Below, piece by piece: positions 50,734 through 60,112 of a stretch of 64,000 nucleotides of DNA. Location of the stretch: the NCBI GenBank assembly GCA_015258925.1, contig JABZHH010000002.1:7775-71774 (forward strand), in the 5' to 3' direction. This DNA comes from Atopobium sp. (GTDB taxonomy: Bacteria > Actinomycetota > Coriobacteriia > Coriobacteriales > Atopobiaceae). The translations under genes were made by a program, and so were the position numbers. Every line of letters begins with the position of its first letter. The stretch's first letter is position 1. A model generated the notes under the pieces. The model did not search any database. It was given only the letters and a program-made list of their open reading frames with translations, and was not told the origin of the DNA.

Positions 50734-53226
50734 ATGCCCTCTAAACGCACCTCAAACGCAGCAAAAAGAAATTCTAGAAACGCCGCTTCTGCCCAGGTAG
50801 TAGGCTTGAGCCCACTGCAGAATGACATCATTGGTGTTGTTCTTGCAGTGGTTGCAATTGCTCTGTTTTTGTCCATTATTGTCCCTTCTAATGCTGTTAT
50901 TACCAGCGCAATGGGTCATGGGCTCAAGCTCTGTTTTGGTACGGGAGCGCTACTTTTTCCCATTGCAGTATTTGTCTTTGCTATGACCTTCTTTATGCGT
51001 GATGATCAGGGAATCTCTACGCGTATTGCTATTGGTCTAACGCTGGACGTTCTTGCCGCCCTTGCTCTTATTTCACTTAACTTCCCAGGTGCCGAGGCTG
51101 CTCCAGATATGCTTCTGGGCACAAAAGTCCTAGAGGCTGCCGGTGGTTATGTAGGCGGCGGTATTGCTTGGGTTTTGCTGCGCTTTGTTGGCCGCGTGGT
51201 GGGCAATGTCCTTTTGGTTGGCTTTATTATTGCAGGTGTTGTTATCTGCGGCTTCTCCATTTCTGACATGGTTGAGCGCGTAAGCTTCCGCCTGGATGAA
51301 GCGCGTGAGAATCATCGCTACCGTAAAGAAGAGCGTGCTCTTGCAAAAGAAGAGGCGCTCTACGCTGCAAATGCTCCACAGCCTGCAAAGAAGCAGGGTA
51401 GACGTGGCGCAAACAACCAGTCTTCTCTCTTTGACGAGACCGGTGAAGGGGAGACCACCTATCTGGGCAATCGCAAGACTTCTGTCATTAAGCGTGACGC
51501 CCGTCTTTATGAGGAAGAAGAGGCGCAAGAGGACGCAGGTGATGCTCCTACTACGCTCATTGATAAAGCTAAGAATAAGCTGCGCTCTAAGAAGAAAGAC
51601 CAGCCAGATGATGCAGATGTCGAGAAAAACGATGTTGCTGTAGCTGATGTTGCTCCTACAACAAAACAGGCTAAACCTAAAAGTAAAGCTAAAACGACAC
51701 CAGATTTTCTCGCCACACCTGACCAGCTCAAGAGGCCAGGTGACGACGATGAGTCGTATGAGCTGCCACCATTTACCATTCTGAAGACAAACAAGAACTC
51801 GGCCACTTCTGCCGTAAGCGATGATGAGCTTGAAGCTACTGCTCAGAGACTCCAGGCTACGCTTGAGGAGTTTGGCCTCTCTAGCCAGGTAGTTGGTTGG
51901 ACTGCGGGTCCTTCTGTCACTACGTTTAAGATTTCGATGGGCGAGGGCGAGCGCGTCAACAAGATCACCAATCTTGAGGACGATATTGCGCTTTCACTTG
52001 CGGCAAAGTCTGTTCGTATTTTTGCTCCAATTCCTGGAACTTCTCTGGTTGGTATTGAGATCCCTAACGAGAAAGCCCAGGCAGTCAATTTGGCTGACGT
52101 TCTTCCGTTTGCAAAGGGTGGTCCTCTTGAGTGCGCCTTTGGTCGTGATTCTGAGGGCAAGCCAATTGTTGTTGACCTTGCAAGTCTTCCTCACTTGCTG
52201 GTAGCAGGTACCACTGGTTCTGGTAAGTCTGTCCTGCTCAACGCCATTGTCATGTCTATGCTCATGCGCGCAACTCCTGAGCAGGTCCGCCTGATTATGG
52301 TTGACCCAAAGCGCGTTGAGTTTACGGGTTACGCTGGTCTTCCTCACCTGTACGTGCCAGTTGTTACCGAGCCAAGGCAGGCCGCAAGTGCGCTTCAGTG
52401 GGGCGTCACCGAGATGGAGCGTCGCCTTAAGGTATTTGAGCACTACAAAGTACGTGACATTAAGACGTACAACAGAAATGTTGATGGCGATAAGTACGCT
52501 GATATTGAGAATCCTCCAAAGCATATGCCGTACTTTGTCATTGTCATCGACGAGCTTGCTGACCTTATGATGGTTGCTGGCAAAGACGTTGAGTCTTCCA
52601 TTGTCCGTATTGCTCAGCTTGGTCGTGCTGCAGGTATTCACCTGATTGTTGCAACGCAGCGTCCTTCTGCAGACGTCGTAACTGGTCTGATCCGTGCAAA
52701 CATCGATAACCGTGTTGCGCTCTCAGTTGATAACTCTTTGAACTCCCGCATTATTCTGGACCAAAAGGGCGCTGAGCAACTGCTGGGTAAGGGTGACATG
52801 CTGGTTAAACTTCGTGGTAAGAAGCCTAATCGCGCACAGGGTTGCTGGGTCTCTGACGAGGAGATTGAGGAGACCGTTAAGTACATCCGCACTCAGCGCG
52901 TGGCCGAATATCACGACAACATCTTGACCGTTGCAACTCCAACACAGGCCGAAGGCGCTGGTGGAGTTGGTGGCATGGCGCAGGCAGACGACCCACTTAT
53001 TTGGGAAGCTGCACGCATTATTGTGGATTCTCAGCTAGGTTCTACATCTAGTTTGCAAAGAGCACTCTCTGTTGGGTATGCTCGTGCTGGTAGAATTATG
53101 GATATGCTTGAGGCAAAGGGTGTTGTTGGCCCAGCTAACGGATCAAAACCTCGAGAAGTTCTTATCGATAAAGATGCTCTTGAAGAGCTCAAAGTTCAAG
53201 ACGCTGCCTATAGGGAGGTAGAGTAA
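50734..53226 (+). CDS. ftsK: DNA translocase FtsK
   Basis: N-terminal TM segments, AGTTGSGKS, IDELADLM, ATQRPS and gamma-domain GYARAGRIMD; start at ATG 50734 after GGAGG. Confidence 0.96.
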   Translation: MPSKRTSNAAKRNSRNAASAQVVGLSPLQNDIIGVVLAVVAIALFLSIIVPSNAVITSAMGHGLKLCFGTGALLFPIAVFVFAMTFFMRDDQGISTRIAIGLTLDVLAALALISLNFPGAEAAPDMLLGTKVLEAAGGYVGGGIAWVLLRFVGRVVGNVLLVGFIIAGVVICGFSISDMVERVSFRLDEARENHRYRKEERALAKEEALYAANAPQPAKKQGRRGANNQSSLFDETGEGETTYLGNRKTSVIKRDARLYEEEEAQEDAGDAPTTLIDKAKNKLRSKKKDQPDDADVEKNDVAVADVAPTTKQAKPKSKAKTTPDFLATPDQLKRPGDDDESYELPPFTILKTNKNSATSAVSDDELEATAQRLQATLEEFGLSSQVVGWTAGPSVTTFKISMGEGERVNKITNLEDDIALSLAAKSVRIFAPIPGTSLVGIEIPNEKAQAVNLADVLPFAKGGPLECAFGRDSEGKPIVVDLASLPHLLVAGTTGSGKSVLLNAIVMSMLMRATPEQVRLIMVDPKRVEFTGYAGLPHLYVPVVTEPRQAASALQWGVTEMERRLKVFEHYKVRDIKTYNRNVDGDKYADIENPPKHMPYFVIVIDELADLMMVAGKDVESSIVRIAQLGRAAGIHLIVATQRPSADVVTGLIRANIDNRVALSVDNSLNSRIILDQKGAEQLLGKGDMLVKLRGKKPNRAQGCWVSDEEIEETVKYIRTQRVAEYHDNILTVATPTQAEGAGGVGGMAQADDPLIWEAARIIVDSQLGSTSSLQRALSVGYARAGRIMDMLEAKGVVGPANGSKPREVLIDKDALEELKVQDAAYREVE

Positions 53227-53228
53227 GC

Positions 53229-54737
53229 ATGCCACGCCCTCGTTTTAGTGAGATGCTCGTAGAACGTAGACGTCAGCTCGGGCTTTCTATCACTCAAGCA
53301 TCAAAGATTCTTCGCCTCAAGGAGCAGGCACTTATTGCTTTTGAGGAAGGCGATTTTAAGAATATGCCTCAGAGCGGCTATGCTCAGGGCATGCTCTCTT
53401 CGTATGCTCGCTACCTAGGACTCAATCCGCGTGAGATTGTAGACCTCTTCCAGGAGGAGAGCTACGAGTTTGAAAACGGCACCTATTCTCATGAGCTGCG
53501 TCGTCGTACGCGCGATACTCAGTCTGGTCGTGGCATTGCTGGCTATGACGTTGTAAACGAGTCTGGTAGTAGGCCAAAGGCATACGTGCAGTACCACGGT
53601 CTTCTCCCCACATCGGGAGGACCAGCTGGCGATATGGGCGCCTTTGCAACTACGTCTGGCGTTCGCTCCAGACAAACCGGTGTTCCTCTGGGTGCTCAGG
53701 CATCTGAGGAGGATGCTGGCGGCTACTCGTATTCTCGCTATGCCACAGGTCATGCGTACAATGCCGGTATTGAAGAGGCTTCTCGTCAGAAGACTATGGC
53801 AAGCCGTACGCGCGGTGGCGTTCAGCGCAAGCGTGTAGGCATTGCAGGCGTTAGCATTCCAGCTTACAAAGACGATGTAACCAGAAGAACTGTTGCTCCA
53901 AGCGATTACACTGATGACCTTCGTTATGACAATGTAACTGCTCCTTACGAGCGCGCATCAACCATTTCTGGCCGTCGTGGATCAAGAAATATTGCGCAGG
54001 TAGATAGGCCTAATGTTCGCCGTCGCCAGCCATCTGGCGCTGCTGCTCAACAACGTCGTGCTCCTCAAAGACCAGGCGTTATGGGAGCACTTCAGAATTA
54101 CTTCTCTGACACAGGACGCACTATTGCCACTGTGTTTGCTCTTGTTGTTGTGATTATTACTGCCGTTTTGCTGTTCAGCGTTCGTTCCTGCATGACAGCT
54201 CGCACTACGCCTACTACAACAAAGACAGTAAGCGTTAATAATTCAACAACTGATTCTTCAAAGAATTCCACTACTACAAATAGCAATACGGACACCTCTA
54301 AGAAGGATTCTACTGATACTTCTAAGAGCACCACTACAACTGAGCCAAAGAAGGAAGAGACTCCTAAGCAGACTACCGTAGTGGTTACTGTTGCAGATGG
54401 TCAGACCAGCTGGGTTGAGATTACCGTTGACGGCAAGAGTGTTGAGGCTGACGCTATTACCGGCCCATGGTCTCAGACGTACACCGTCACTGACTCCATG
54501 ACTGTTCTTGCAGGTACTCCTGGTGCTGTTGCGGTAACCGTTAATGGTACTGCTAAACCATTTGACGCAAATGCTTCTGGTATTGGCACCTTGACCATTC
54601 AGGGTACTAAGCCTGCTGACGGTACTGCAGCAAATGCTTCTGGAACTCAAACAAACAGCACGTCAACAAGTACTACCGGTGGAACTTCTGGCACCACTAA
54701 CAACCAGAATTCCAACAGCAATTCAAACAATAACTAA
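53229..54737 (+). CDS. RodZ-like membrane protein (HTH, long linker, TM, C-terminal beta domain)
   Basis: N-terminal XRE HTH (Y..GML.SYARYLGL), one TM, Thr/Ser-rich linker and SWVEITVDG; ftsK-rimO-pgsA context. Confidence 0.75.
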   Translation: MPRPRFSEMLVERRRQLGLSITQASKILRLKEQALIAFEEGDFKNMPQSGYAQGMLSSYARYLGLNPREIVDLFQEESYEFENGTYSHELRRRTRDTQSGRGIAGYDVVNESGSRPKAYVQYHGLLPTSGGPAGDMGAFATTSGVRSRQTGVPLGAQASEEDAGGYSYSRYATGHAYNAGIEEASRQKTMASRTRGGVQRKRVGIAGVSIPAYKDDVTRRTVAPSDYTDDLRYDNVTAPYERASTISGRRGSRNIAQVDRPNVRRRQPSGAAAQQRRAPQRPGVMGALQNYFSDTGRTIATVFALVVVIITAVLLFSVRSCMTARTTPTTTKTVSVNNSTTDSSKNSTTTNSNTDTSKKDSTDTSKSTTTTEPKKEETPKQTTVVVTVADGQTSWVEITVDGKSVEADAITGPWSQTYTVTDSMTVLAGTPGAVAVTVNGTAKPFDANASGIGTLTIQGTKPADGTAANASGTQTNSTSTSTTGGTSGTTNNQNSNSNSNNN

Positions 54738-54745
54738 ACGCCATG

Positions 54746-54767
54746 GGGCGAGAAGTACTTCTCGCCC
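54746..54767. repeat. Hairpin made of two inverted copies of the dispersed GGCGAGAA motif
   Basis: GGGCGAGAA-gtac-TTCTCGCCC, a perfect palindrome in the intergenic gap. Confidence 0.8.
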
Positions 54768-54785
54768 TGAATATACGGAGGGGAA

Positions 54786-55283
54786 ATGGCTAAAGAATCA
54801 AGCTTTGACGTTGTGTCTGAAGTAGACATGATGGAAGTTGATAATGCATTTCAGCAGGCAGCTCGTGAACTAACTCAGCGCTATGATCTTAAGGATTCCG
54901 GTGCAACTCTTGAGCTTTCTAAGAAAGAAGGTAAGTTCACTATTGAGGCTCCAGCAGATTTTGTAGCATCTCAGGTGAGGGATGTTCTTGGATCTAAGCT
55001 GGTAAAGCGTGGAATTGACCTTACGGCTATCCGTTGGGCAGATCCAATTCCTGCAGCTGGTTCTACGGTGCGCCAGATTGGCTCTATTGTTTCTGGTATT
55101 GATCAGGAGACTGCCAAGAAGATTGCTAAAGATATTCGTGATATGAAAGTTAAGGCTAAGGCAACCGTTGAGGGCGATAAGCTGCGTGTTTCTAGTGCTT
55201 CTCGCGATGTTCTTCAGTCTGTGATTGCAAGCCTTAAGGAGAAAGACTATGGCCAGCCCCTCCAGTTCAACAACTATCGATAG
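54786..55283 (+). CDS. yajQ: YajQ-family nucleotide-binding protein
   Basis: SFDVVSEVD..EVDNA, RYD.K, GD.LRVS and LQFNNYR. Confidence 0.92.
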   Translation: MAKESSFDVVSEVDMMEVDNAFQQAARELTQRYDLKDSGATLELSKKEGKFTIEAPADFVASQVRDVLGSKLVKRGIDLTAIRWADPIPAAGSTVRQIGSIVSGIDQETAKKIAKDIRDMKVKAKATVEGDKLRVSSASRDVLQSVIASLKEKDYGQPLQFNNYR

Positions 55284-56655
55284 GGGCTACAACGTCCTAT
55301 ACATCACGTTAGGATGCGCTAAAAACGAGGTTGATACAGATCGCATGCGTGCGCGTCTTTTGGCCTCTGGTTTTGGTGAAGTTGCAGATCCAGACTCAGC
55401 AGACATTGCAATTATCAACACCTGTTCATTCTTGGCTTCAGCAACAGAGGAGTCTATTGAGACTACGCTTGAGATTGCTGAGGGCGCTTCTGAGGGAGTC
55501 CGTAAGCTACCCATTATTATGTGTGGCTGCGTTCCTTCCAGGTATGGCGCAGAGCTTAACGAGCAGCTTCCTGAAGTTGCTGCGTTTGTTCCGGCAGATC
55601 AAGAAGATGGTATTGTCAGCGTTGTTGCAGACGTTCTGAATATCCCTGAGCCTACGCAGTCAATTGTTGCTGCCCATGGAATGCTGCGCACCATTGATGG
55701 CGCCAGTGCATTTGTAAAGATTTCCGAGGGCTGTGATAGATTCTGTGCCTTCTGCGCCATTCCGTACATTCGTGGTCACTATCACTCAAGGCCTGCTGAA
55801 GAGATTCTTCAAGAGGTACATGAGCTGATGGAAGGTGGTGTTCGTGAGGTCATCCTGATTGGCCAGGACACCGGTATCTGGGGCTCGGATATGCCTGATA
55901 CTGCAGATGGCCAGACGCCAACGCTTGCTAAGCTTATGCAGCAGGTTGCTGAGGTAGTTCGTCCTTATAAGGGATGGATTCGCGTTTTGTATCTGCAGCC
56001 AGAAGGTATGACCGATGAGCTCATCAGCACTATTCGCGATACACCTGAGGTTCTTCCTTACATTGATATTCCAATTCAGCACTGCAACGAGCGCATTCTT
56101 AAGCGCATGGGTCGTTCTGGCTCTACACAGGAGCTTCGTGAGCTTTTTGATCGCCTCAGAACTGAGATTCCTGGCATGGTTCTTCGAACTACGGGAATGT
56201 GTGGCTTCCCAGGCGAGACAGATGATGAATCAGATGAGCTCTACGACTTTATTCAGGAGCAGGAGTTTGATTACACTTCCGTCTTTACCTATTCGCCAGA
56301 AGAGGGAACTCTGGGCGCAAAGATGTCTGATCAGGTTCCAGACGAGGTAAAAATTGAGCGTACTCAGCGCTTGCTTGACCTTGTAGAGCAGCTTGGCTTT
56401 GCGGCAACTGCCCGTCACGTTGGCGAGCGCTGCGAGGTCATTATCGACGGAATTGAAGAATCCGACGAAGGCACTGAGCTTATTGGCCACACGTGGTTCC
56501 AGGCTCCAGACTGTGATGGCGCTGTTCACATTGCAGAGGGAGAGGCCGCAGTCGGAGATATTGTCCTTTGTGACCTGGTAGATTCTTTCTGCTATGAAAT
56601 GATTGGCGAAATTGTAGACACTACAGACACACAGTCTGGCGAGAAAACCGTTTAG
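55249..56655 (+). CDS. rimO: Ribosomal protein S12 methylthiotransferase
   Basis: LGCAKNEVD, KISEGCDRFCAFC, R.LYLQP, YIDIPIQH and QAP..DG; AAGGAG RBS before ATG 55249, overlapping the end of yajQ. Confidence 0.93.
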   Translation: MASPSSSTTIDRGYNVLYITLGCAKNEVDTDRMRARLLASGFGEVADPDSADIAIINTCSFLASATEESIETTLEIAEGASEGVRKLPIIMCGCVPSRYGAELNEQLPEVAAFVPADQEDGIVSVVADVLNIPEPTQSIVAAHGMLRTIDGASAFVKISEGCDRFCAFCAIPYIRGHYHSRPAEEILQEVHELMEGGVREVILIGQDTGIWGSDMPDTADGQTPTLAKLMQQVAEVVRPYKGWIRVLYLQPEGMTDELISTIRDTPEVLPYIDIPIQHCNERILKRMGRSGSTQELRELFDRLRTEIPGMVLRTTGMCGFPGETDDESDELYDFIQEQEFDYTSVFTYSPEEGTLGAKMSDQVPDEVKIERTQRLLDLVEQLGFAATARHVGERCEVIIDGIEESDEGTELIGHTWFQAPDCDGAVHIAEGEAAVGDIVLCDLVDSFCYEMIGEIVDTTDTQSGEKTV

Positions 56656-56668
56656 TTGGGGATAGGTC

Positions 56669-57274
56669 ATGTCATCAAAGACAATTTGGACACCTGCAAA
56701 TATTGTTACCTGTGCTCGTGTGGTCTTAGTGCCCTTTTGGCTTCTCTTGGCGCAGCTTTTAGGTGTATCTCTGGCAGATTCTCTGACAACACCTGGTTTT
56801 AAACTTGGAGCTTTTCTTGTTTTTATCGGCTATGTTGTCATTTCTTTGACCGATAAGCTTGATGGTTACCTTGCCCGTAGTAGAAATGAAGTTACTACCT
56901 TTGGCAAGTTCTTAGATCCAATTGCCGATAAACTCGCTGTTGTTGTAGCTCTTTTTGTACTTCTAGAGTGGCATATGGTTTCTCCTTGGGTGCTCTTAGT
57001 GATTGTTGCACGTGAGTTTTTGGTATCGGGTCTTAGAATGGTTGTTGCTTCAAAGGGAGTTGTTATTGCAGCTTCTGACTTGGGTAAGTGGAAGACTGCA
57101 ACAACTATGGTTGCTATCTGCGGTTTACTCTTCTTGCCAAGTATTCCTGGTGGAATGATTCAGGATGTTTTGCTCTTTATCTTCAACGCATCTATGTGGG
57201 TTGCAGTAGTTCTAACAGCCTGGTCAGGAATTGACTACTTTGTAAAGTCGTGGCAATACATTGCTGAAGTTTAA
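56669..57274 (+). CDS. pgsA: CDP-diacylglycerol--glycerol-3-phosphate 3-phosphatidyltransferase
   Basis: D.LDGYLAR...T.FGKFLDPIADK CDP-alcohol phosphatidyltransferase motif. Confidence 0.94.
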   Translation: MSSKTIWTPANIVTCARVVLVPFWLLLAQLLGVSLADSLTTPGFKLGAFLVFIGYVVISLTDKLDGYLARSRNEVTTFGKFLDPIADKLAVVVALFVLLEWHMVSPWVLLVIVAREFLVSGLRMVVASKGVVIAASDLGKWKTATTMVAICGLLFLPSIPGGMIQDVLLFIFNASMWVAVVLTAWSGIDYFVKSWQYIAEV

Positions 57275-57336
57275 CAAGATGGCGTCTCTCTGAGGCGCCG
57301 CTTTTGTATCAAATCTTATTAAAAGTAAGGAAGACC

Positions 57337-57834
57337 ATGTTCTCTGAAGAAGTTCTCAAAGAAGCTCAAAGTGTTATTTCAGATGCCCTTGCATCAGGTA
57401 TTACCGTAGCTTCTGCCGAGTCTTGTACGGGAGGACTTGTTGCAGGCGCTCTTACAGCCATCTCTGGATCATCAAGCGTACTTAAGGGCTCTGTTGTAAG
57501 CTATACCATTGAGATTAAACAAAAGGTATTAGGCGTTTCAAAAGACATTTTTGATGAACCGTCCCTTGGTGCTGTTTCTGAGCCCTGCGCAGCTCAAATG
57601 GCTTCAGGCGTTAGAGACGTTATTGGATCAGATATTGCAGTTTCCGTTACAGGAATAGCTGGCCCAACAGGAGAAGAGCCTGGTAAACCAGTTGGAACAG
57701 TTTGGTTTGGTATTAACAGCAAAAACTTTACCCATACAGTCTGCAAATATTTTTCTGGCAATAGAGAACAGGTGCGAGAAGCTGCTGTTTTGCAGGCTTT
57801 ACAATTAATTCATGAAGCTATTGTGAAGGCTTAA
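57337..57834 (+). CDS. cinA: CinA C-terminal family (PncC-like NMN deamidase)
   Basis: AESCTGG, GAVS and TGIAGP.G...KPVGTV; upstream of recA. Confidence 0.88.
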   Translation: MFSEEVLKEAQSVISDALASGITVASAESCTGGLVAGALTAISGSSSVLKGSVVSYTIEIKQKVLGVSKDIFDEPSLGAVSEPCAAQMASGVRDVIGSDIAVSVTGIAGPTGEEPGKPVGTVWFGINSKNFTHTVCKYFSGNREQVREAAVLQALQLIHEAIVKA

Positions 57835-58008
57835 AACCCGATTTTAATAGGGAAGCTCAAAACTAGTTTGTTTTGTGCTTCTTATTTTCTGCGACTATGC
57901 AGGACTTATACAGCCAAATTTGCAATTAAGAAGAAATAAGCTGTTCAAGAGCGGAAAAATAGAGGTAAGAATTCAGACAAATTCCCTCTATAGAGTATAT
58001 GTTTGACG

Positions 58009-58037
58009 TTGACATAGAACGTCTGTTCTTATATTAT
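58009..58037 (+). promoter_or_regulatory. recA promoter with LexA (SOS) box
   Basis: TTGACA-N17-TATTAT with GAAC-gtct-GTTC (58017-58028) in the spacer. Confidence 0.85.
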
Positions 58038-58066
58038 CGTGGTATCAGAAAGAGCAAGGAGTATTC

Positions 58067-59155
58067 ATGGCTAAAAAGGCAGTTTCAAAAGAGATTAAAG
58101 CTCGCACTACTGGTGACGAGAGAGATGAGGTTATCTCTTCAACCACTGCAGAGATCGAGAAGAAATTTGGTGCAGGCGCCATTATGCGTTTAGGTGAGGG
58201 TGGTCCTGCCTTTGATATTCAGGCCATTCCAACTGGCTCACTTGCTCTTGATGCAGCATTGGGTATTGGCGGCGTTCCTCGCGGCCGTATCGTAGAGATT
58301 TATGGCCCAGAGTCCTCTGGTAAGACAACTCTTTCTCTAGAAATTCTTGCAGAAGCTCAGGCACTAGGTGGTGTCGTTGCCTTTATTGACGCAGAACACG
58401 CACTAGACCCAGGTTATGCGGCTCGTATTGGCGTTGATATTGACGATGTTTTAATTTCTCAGCCAGATACTGGTGAGCAGGCTCTTGAGATTTGTGACAT
58501 GCTTGTTCGCTCAGGCGCTATTGATGTTGTAGTTGTAGACTCTGTTGCTGCTCTTGTTCCTCGTGCAGAGATTGAGGGAGAGATTGGCGATTCTAGCGTT
58601 GGCCTTCAGGCTCGTCTCATGAGTCAAGCTCTCCGTAAGTTAGCCGGCTCTCTTTCAAAGTCTAATACGCTCTGTATTTTCATTAACCAACTTAGAGAGA
58701 AGATTGGCGTAATGTTTGGAAGCCCAGAGACCACTTCTGGTGGTAGGGCTCTGAAGTTCTTCTCCACTGTCCGTATGGATATTCGCCGTGTTGACAGCAT
58801 TAAGGTAAATGGAGAAAACGTTGGCAACCGTGTTCGCGTTAAGGTTGTAAAGAACAAGGTTGCTCCACCTTTTAAGGTTGCTGAGTTTGACATTATGTAC
58901 GGTCAAGGTATCTCCAAAGAAGGCTCCATTCTTGATATGGCTGTTGATTTTGAGATTGTCAACAAGTCTGGTGCTTGGTTCACCTATGAGGGTGAGCGTC
59001 TTGGCCAGGGTAGAGAAGCTGCTAAATCTTTCCTTACTGCCAATCCAGATCTCATGGAAGAGATTGATCACAAAGTACGAGTTGCTTGTGGCCTTGTATT
59101 TGATGAAGATTCTGAAGTTGGCACTCCGGTTGCAACGGAAGATTCTGCTGAATAA
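58067..59155 (+). CDS. recA: Recombinase RecA
   Basis: [27 protein letters not shown] and GGRALKF. Confidence 0.99.
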   Translation: MAKKAVSKEIKARTTGDERDEVISSTTAEIEKKFGAGAIMRLGEGGPAFDIQAIPTGSLALDAALGIGGVPRGRIVEIYGPESSGKTTLSLEILAEAQALGGVVAFIDAEHALDPGYAARIGVDIDDVLISQPDTGEQALEICDMLVRSGAIDVVVVDSVAALVPRAEIEGEIGDSSVGLQARLMSQALRKLAGSLSKSNTLCIFINQLREKIGVMFGSPETTSGGRALKFFSTVRMDIRRVDSIKVNGENVGNRVRVKVVKNKVAPPFKVAEFDIMYGQGISKEGSILDMAVDFEIVNKSGAWFTYEGERLGQGREAAKSFLTANPDLMEEIDHKVRVACGLVFDEDSEVGTPVATEDSAE

Positions 59156-59829
59156 TGTCAGAAATTTCTTGGACGATTGAGCTTCCAAAAAAGAAACAGG
59201 CAGTTCTAGGTCAGGCAAAGCCTAAAGCAAAGATACTTTTAGAAACTGAAGTCGGAGGGACGGAGGAATTCTTTGTCCCTCCAACAGTAGCTCGTGCTCT
59301 TCAGAACAAAGAGAAAGATGGTGTTTTTACGCCTTCTTCTCGTAATGAGTTTCTGTATGAGTTAAAAGAGATTTCAACGCAGTGCATTAAAGCTCGTATT
59401 GAGGCTTTGATTGTAAAAAGGGATTACTCTACAGCTGAGCTTCAAAAAAAGCTCATGCTTGATGGCTATCAGAAGAATGTAAGAGACTCTGCAGTGCAGA
59501 GGGCTGTTGAAGTTGGTTTGATTAATGACAGTCGTTTTGCAGACGTCTATATACGTTCTAAAATTTCGCAAGGCTGGGGTCCTCTTAAAATTAAAACTGA
59601 AATTTCTAAAAAAGGGATTGAAGTTGAGACACTCCCTGGATGGCCTGACGCTTATTTTTCTGACGTGGATGAATTTGAAGTTGCGTATTCTTTGGCCCAG
59701 AGAAAACACCTGTCGGGAAAAAATGATTATGAGAAGCTTGTCAGGTTTCTCGCTACAAAGGGATATTCATTTTCTATAGCATCATCTGTTGCTAAAAAGA
59801 TCTTGGATGAAAACGCCACATCTGAATGA
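59155..59829 (+). CDS. recX: Regulatory protein RecX
   Basis: RDYS..EL..KL, G.IND.RFA, G...I..E..KKG and L..KGY; follows recA. Confidence 0.85.
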   Translation: MSEISWTIELPKKKQAVLGQAKPKAKILLETEVGGTEEFFVPPTVARALQNKEKDGVFTPSSRNEFLYELKEISTQCIKARIEALIVKRDYSTAELQKKLMLDGYQKNVRDSAVQRAVEVGLINDSRFADVYIRSKISQGWGPLKIKTEISKKGIEVETLPGWPDAYFSDVDEFEVAYSLAQRKHLSGKNDYEKLVRFLATKGYSFSIASSVAKKILDENATSE

Positions 59830-59893
59830 ATATATTTGCTTAGCTTATAAGTCTGTTGTATTGATGTACTTTACTTTTCCTACCTGCTATTTA

Positions 59894-59922
59894 TTGACAA
59901 AAGTTACAATGCTCTATACGAT
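59894..59922 (+). promoter_or_regulatory. Sigma70-type promoter upstream of the rny leader
   Basis: TTGACA-N17-TACGAT. Confidence 0.75.
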
Positions 59923-59928
59923 AAATAT

Positions 59929-60072
59929 GCCGTGAATAGGCTCATTTCCGCTGGGCAACCAGCGTCACGTATACAGTAGGTATCTCATACATTTGATCTA
60001 TCTCTGAATGTGGCATGACCAGCCAATGAACCCTGCTCATGGCGGGTTCTTTAGATACTGTTGTGTCTAAAG
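59929..60072 (+). ncRNA. Putative structured RNA (cis-leader or small RNA) upstream of rny
   Basis: Closing stem 59929-59946/60025-60043, GCAA-tetraloop hairpin at 59949-59964, and alternative hairpins at 60028-60049 and 60049-60072. Confidence 0.55.
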
Positions 60073-60112
60073 TCTCCTGAACACTTTTGTAATCGCCATT
60101 TGAGGAGTAGGT

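Noticed and set aside
55225..55283. Possible frameshift fusion of yajQ and rimO
   Set aside because: An AAGGAG RBS and in-frame ATG at 55249 explain it as a simple 35-nt overlap.
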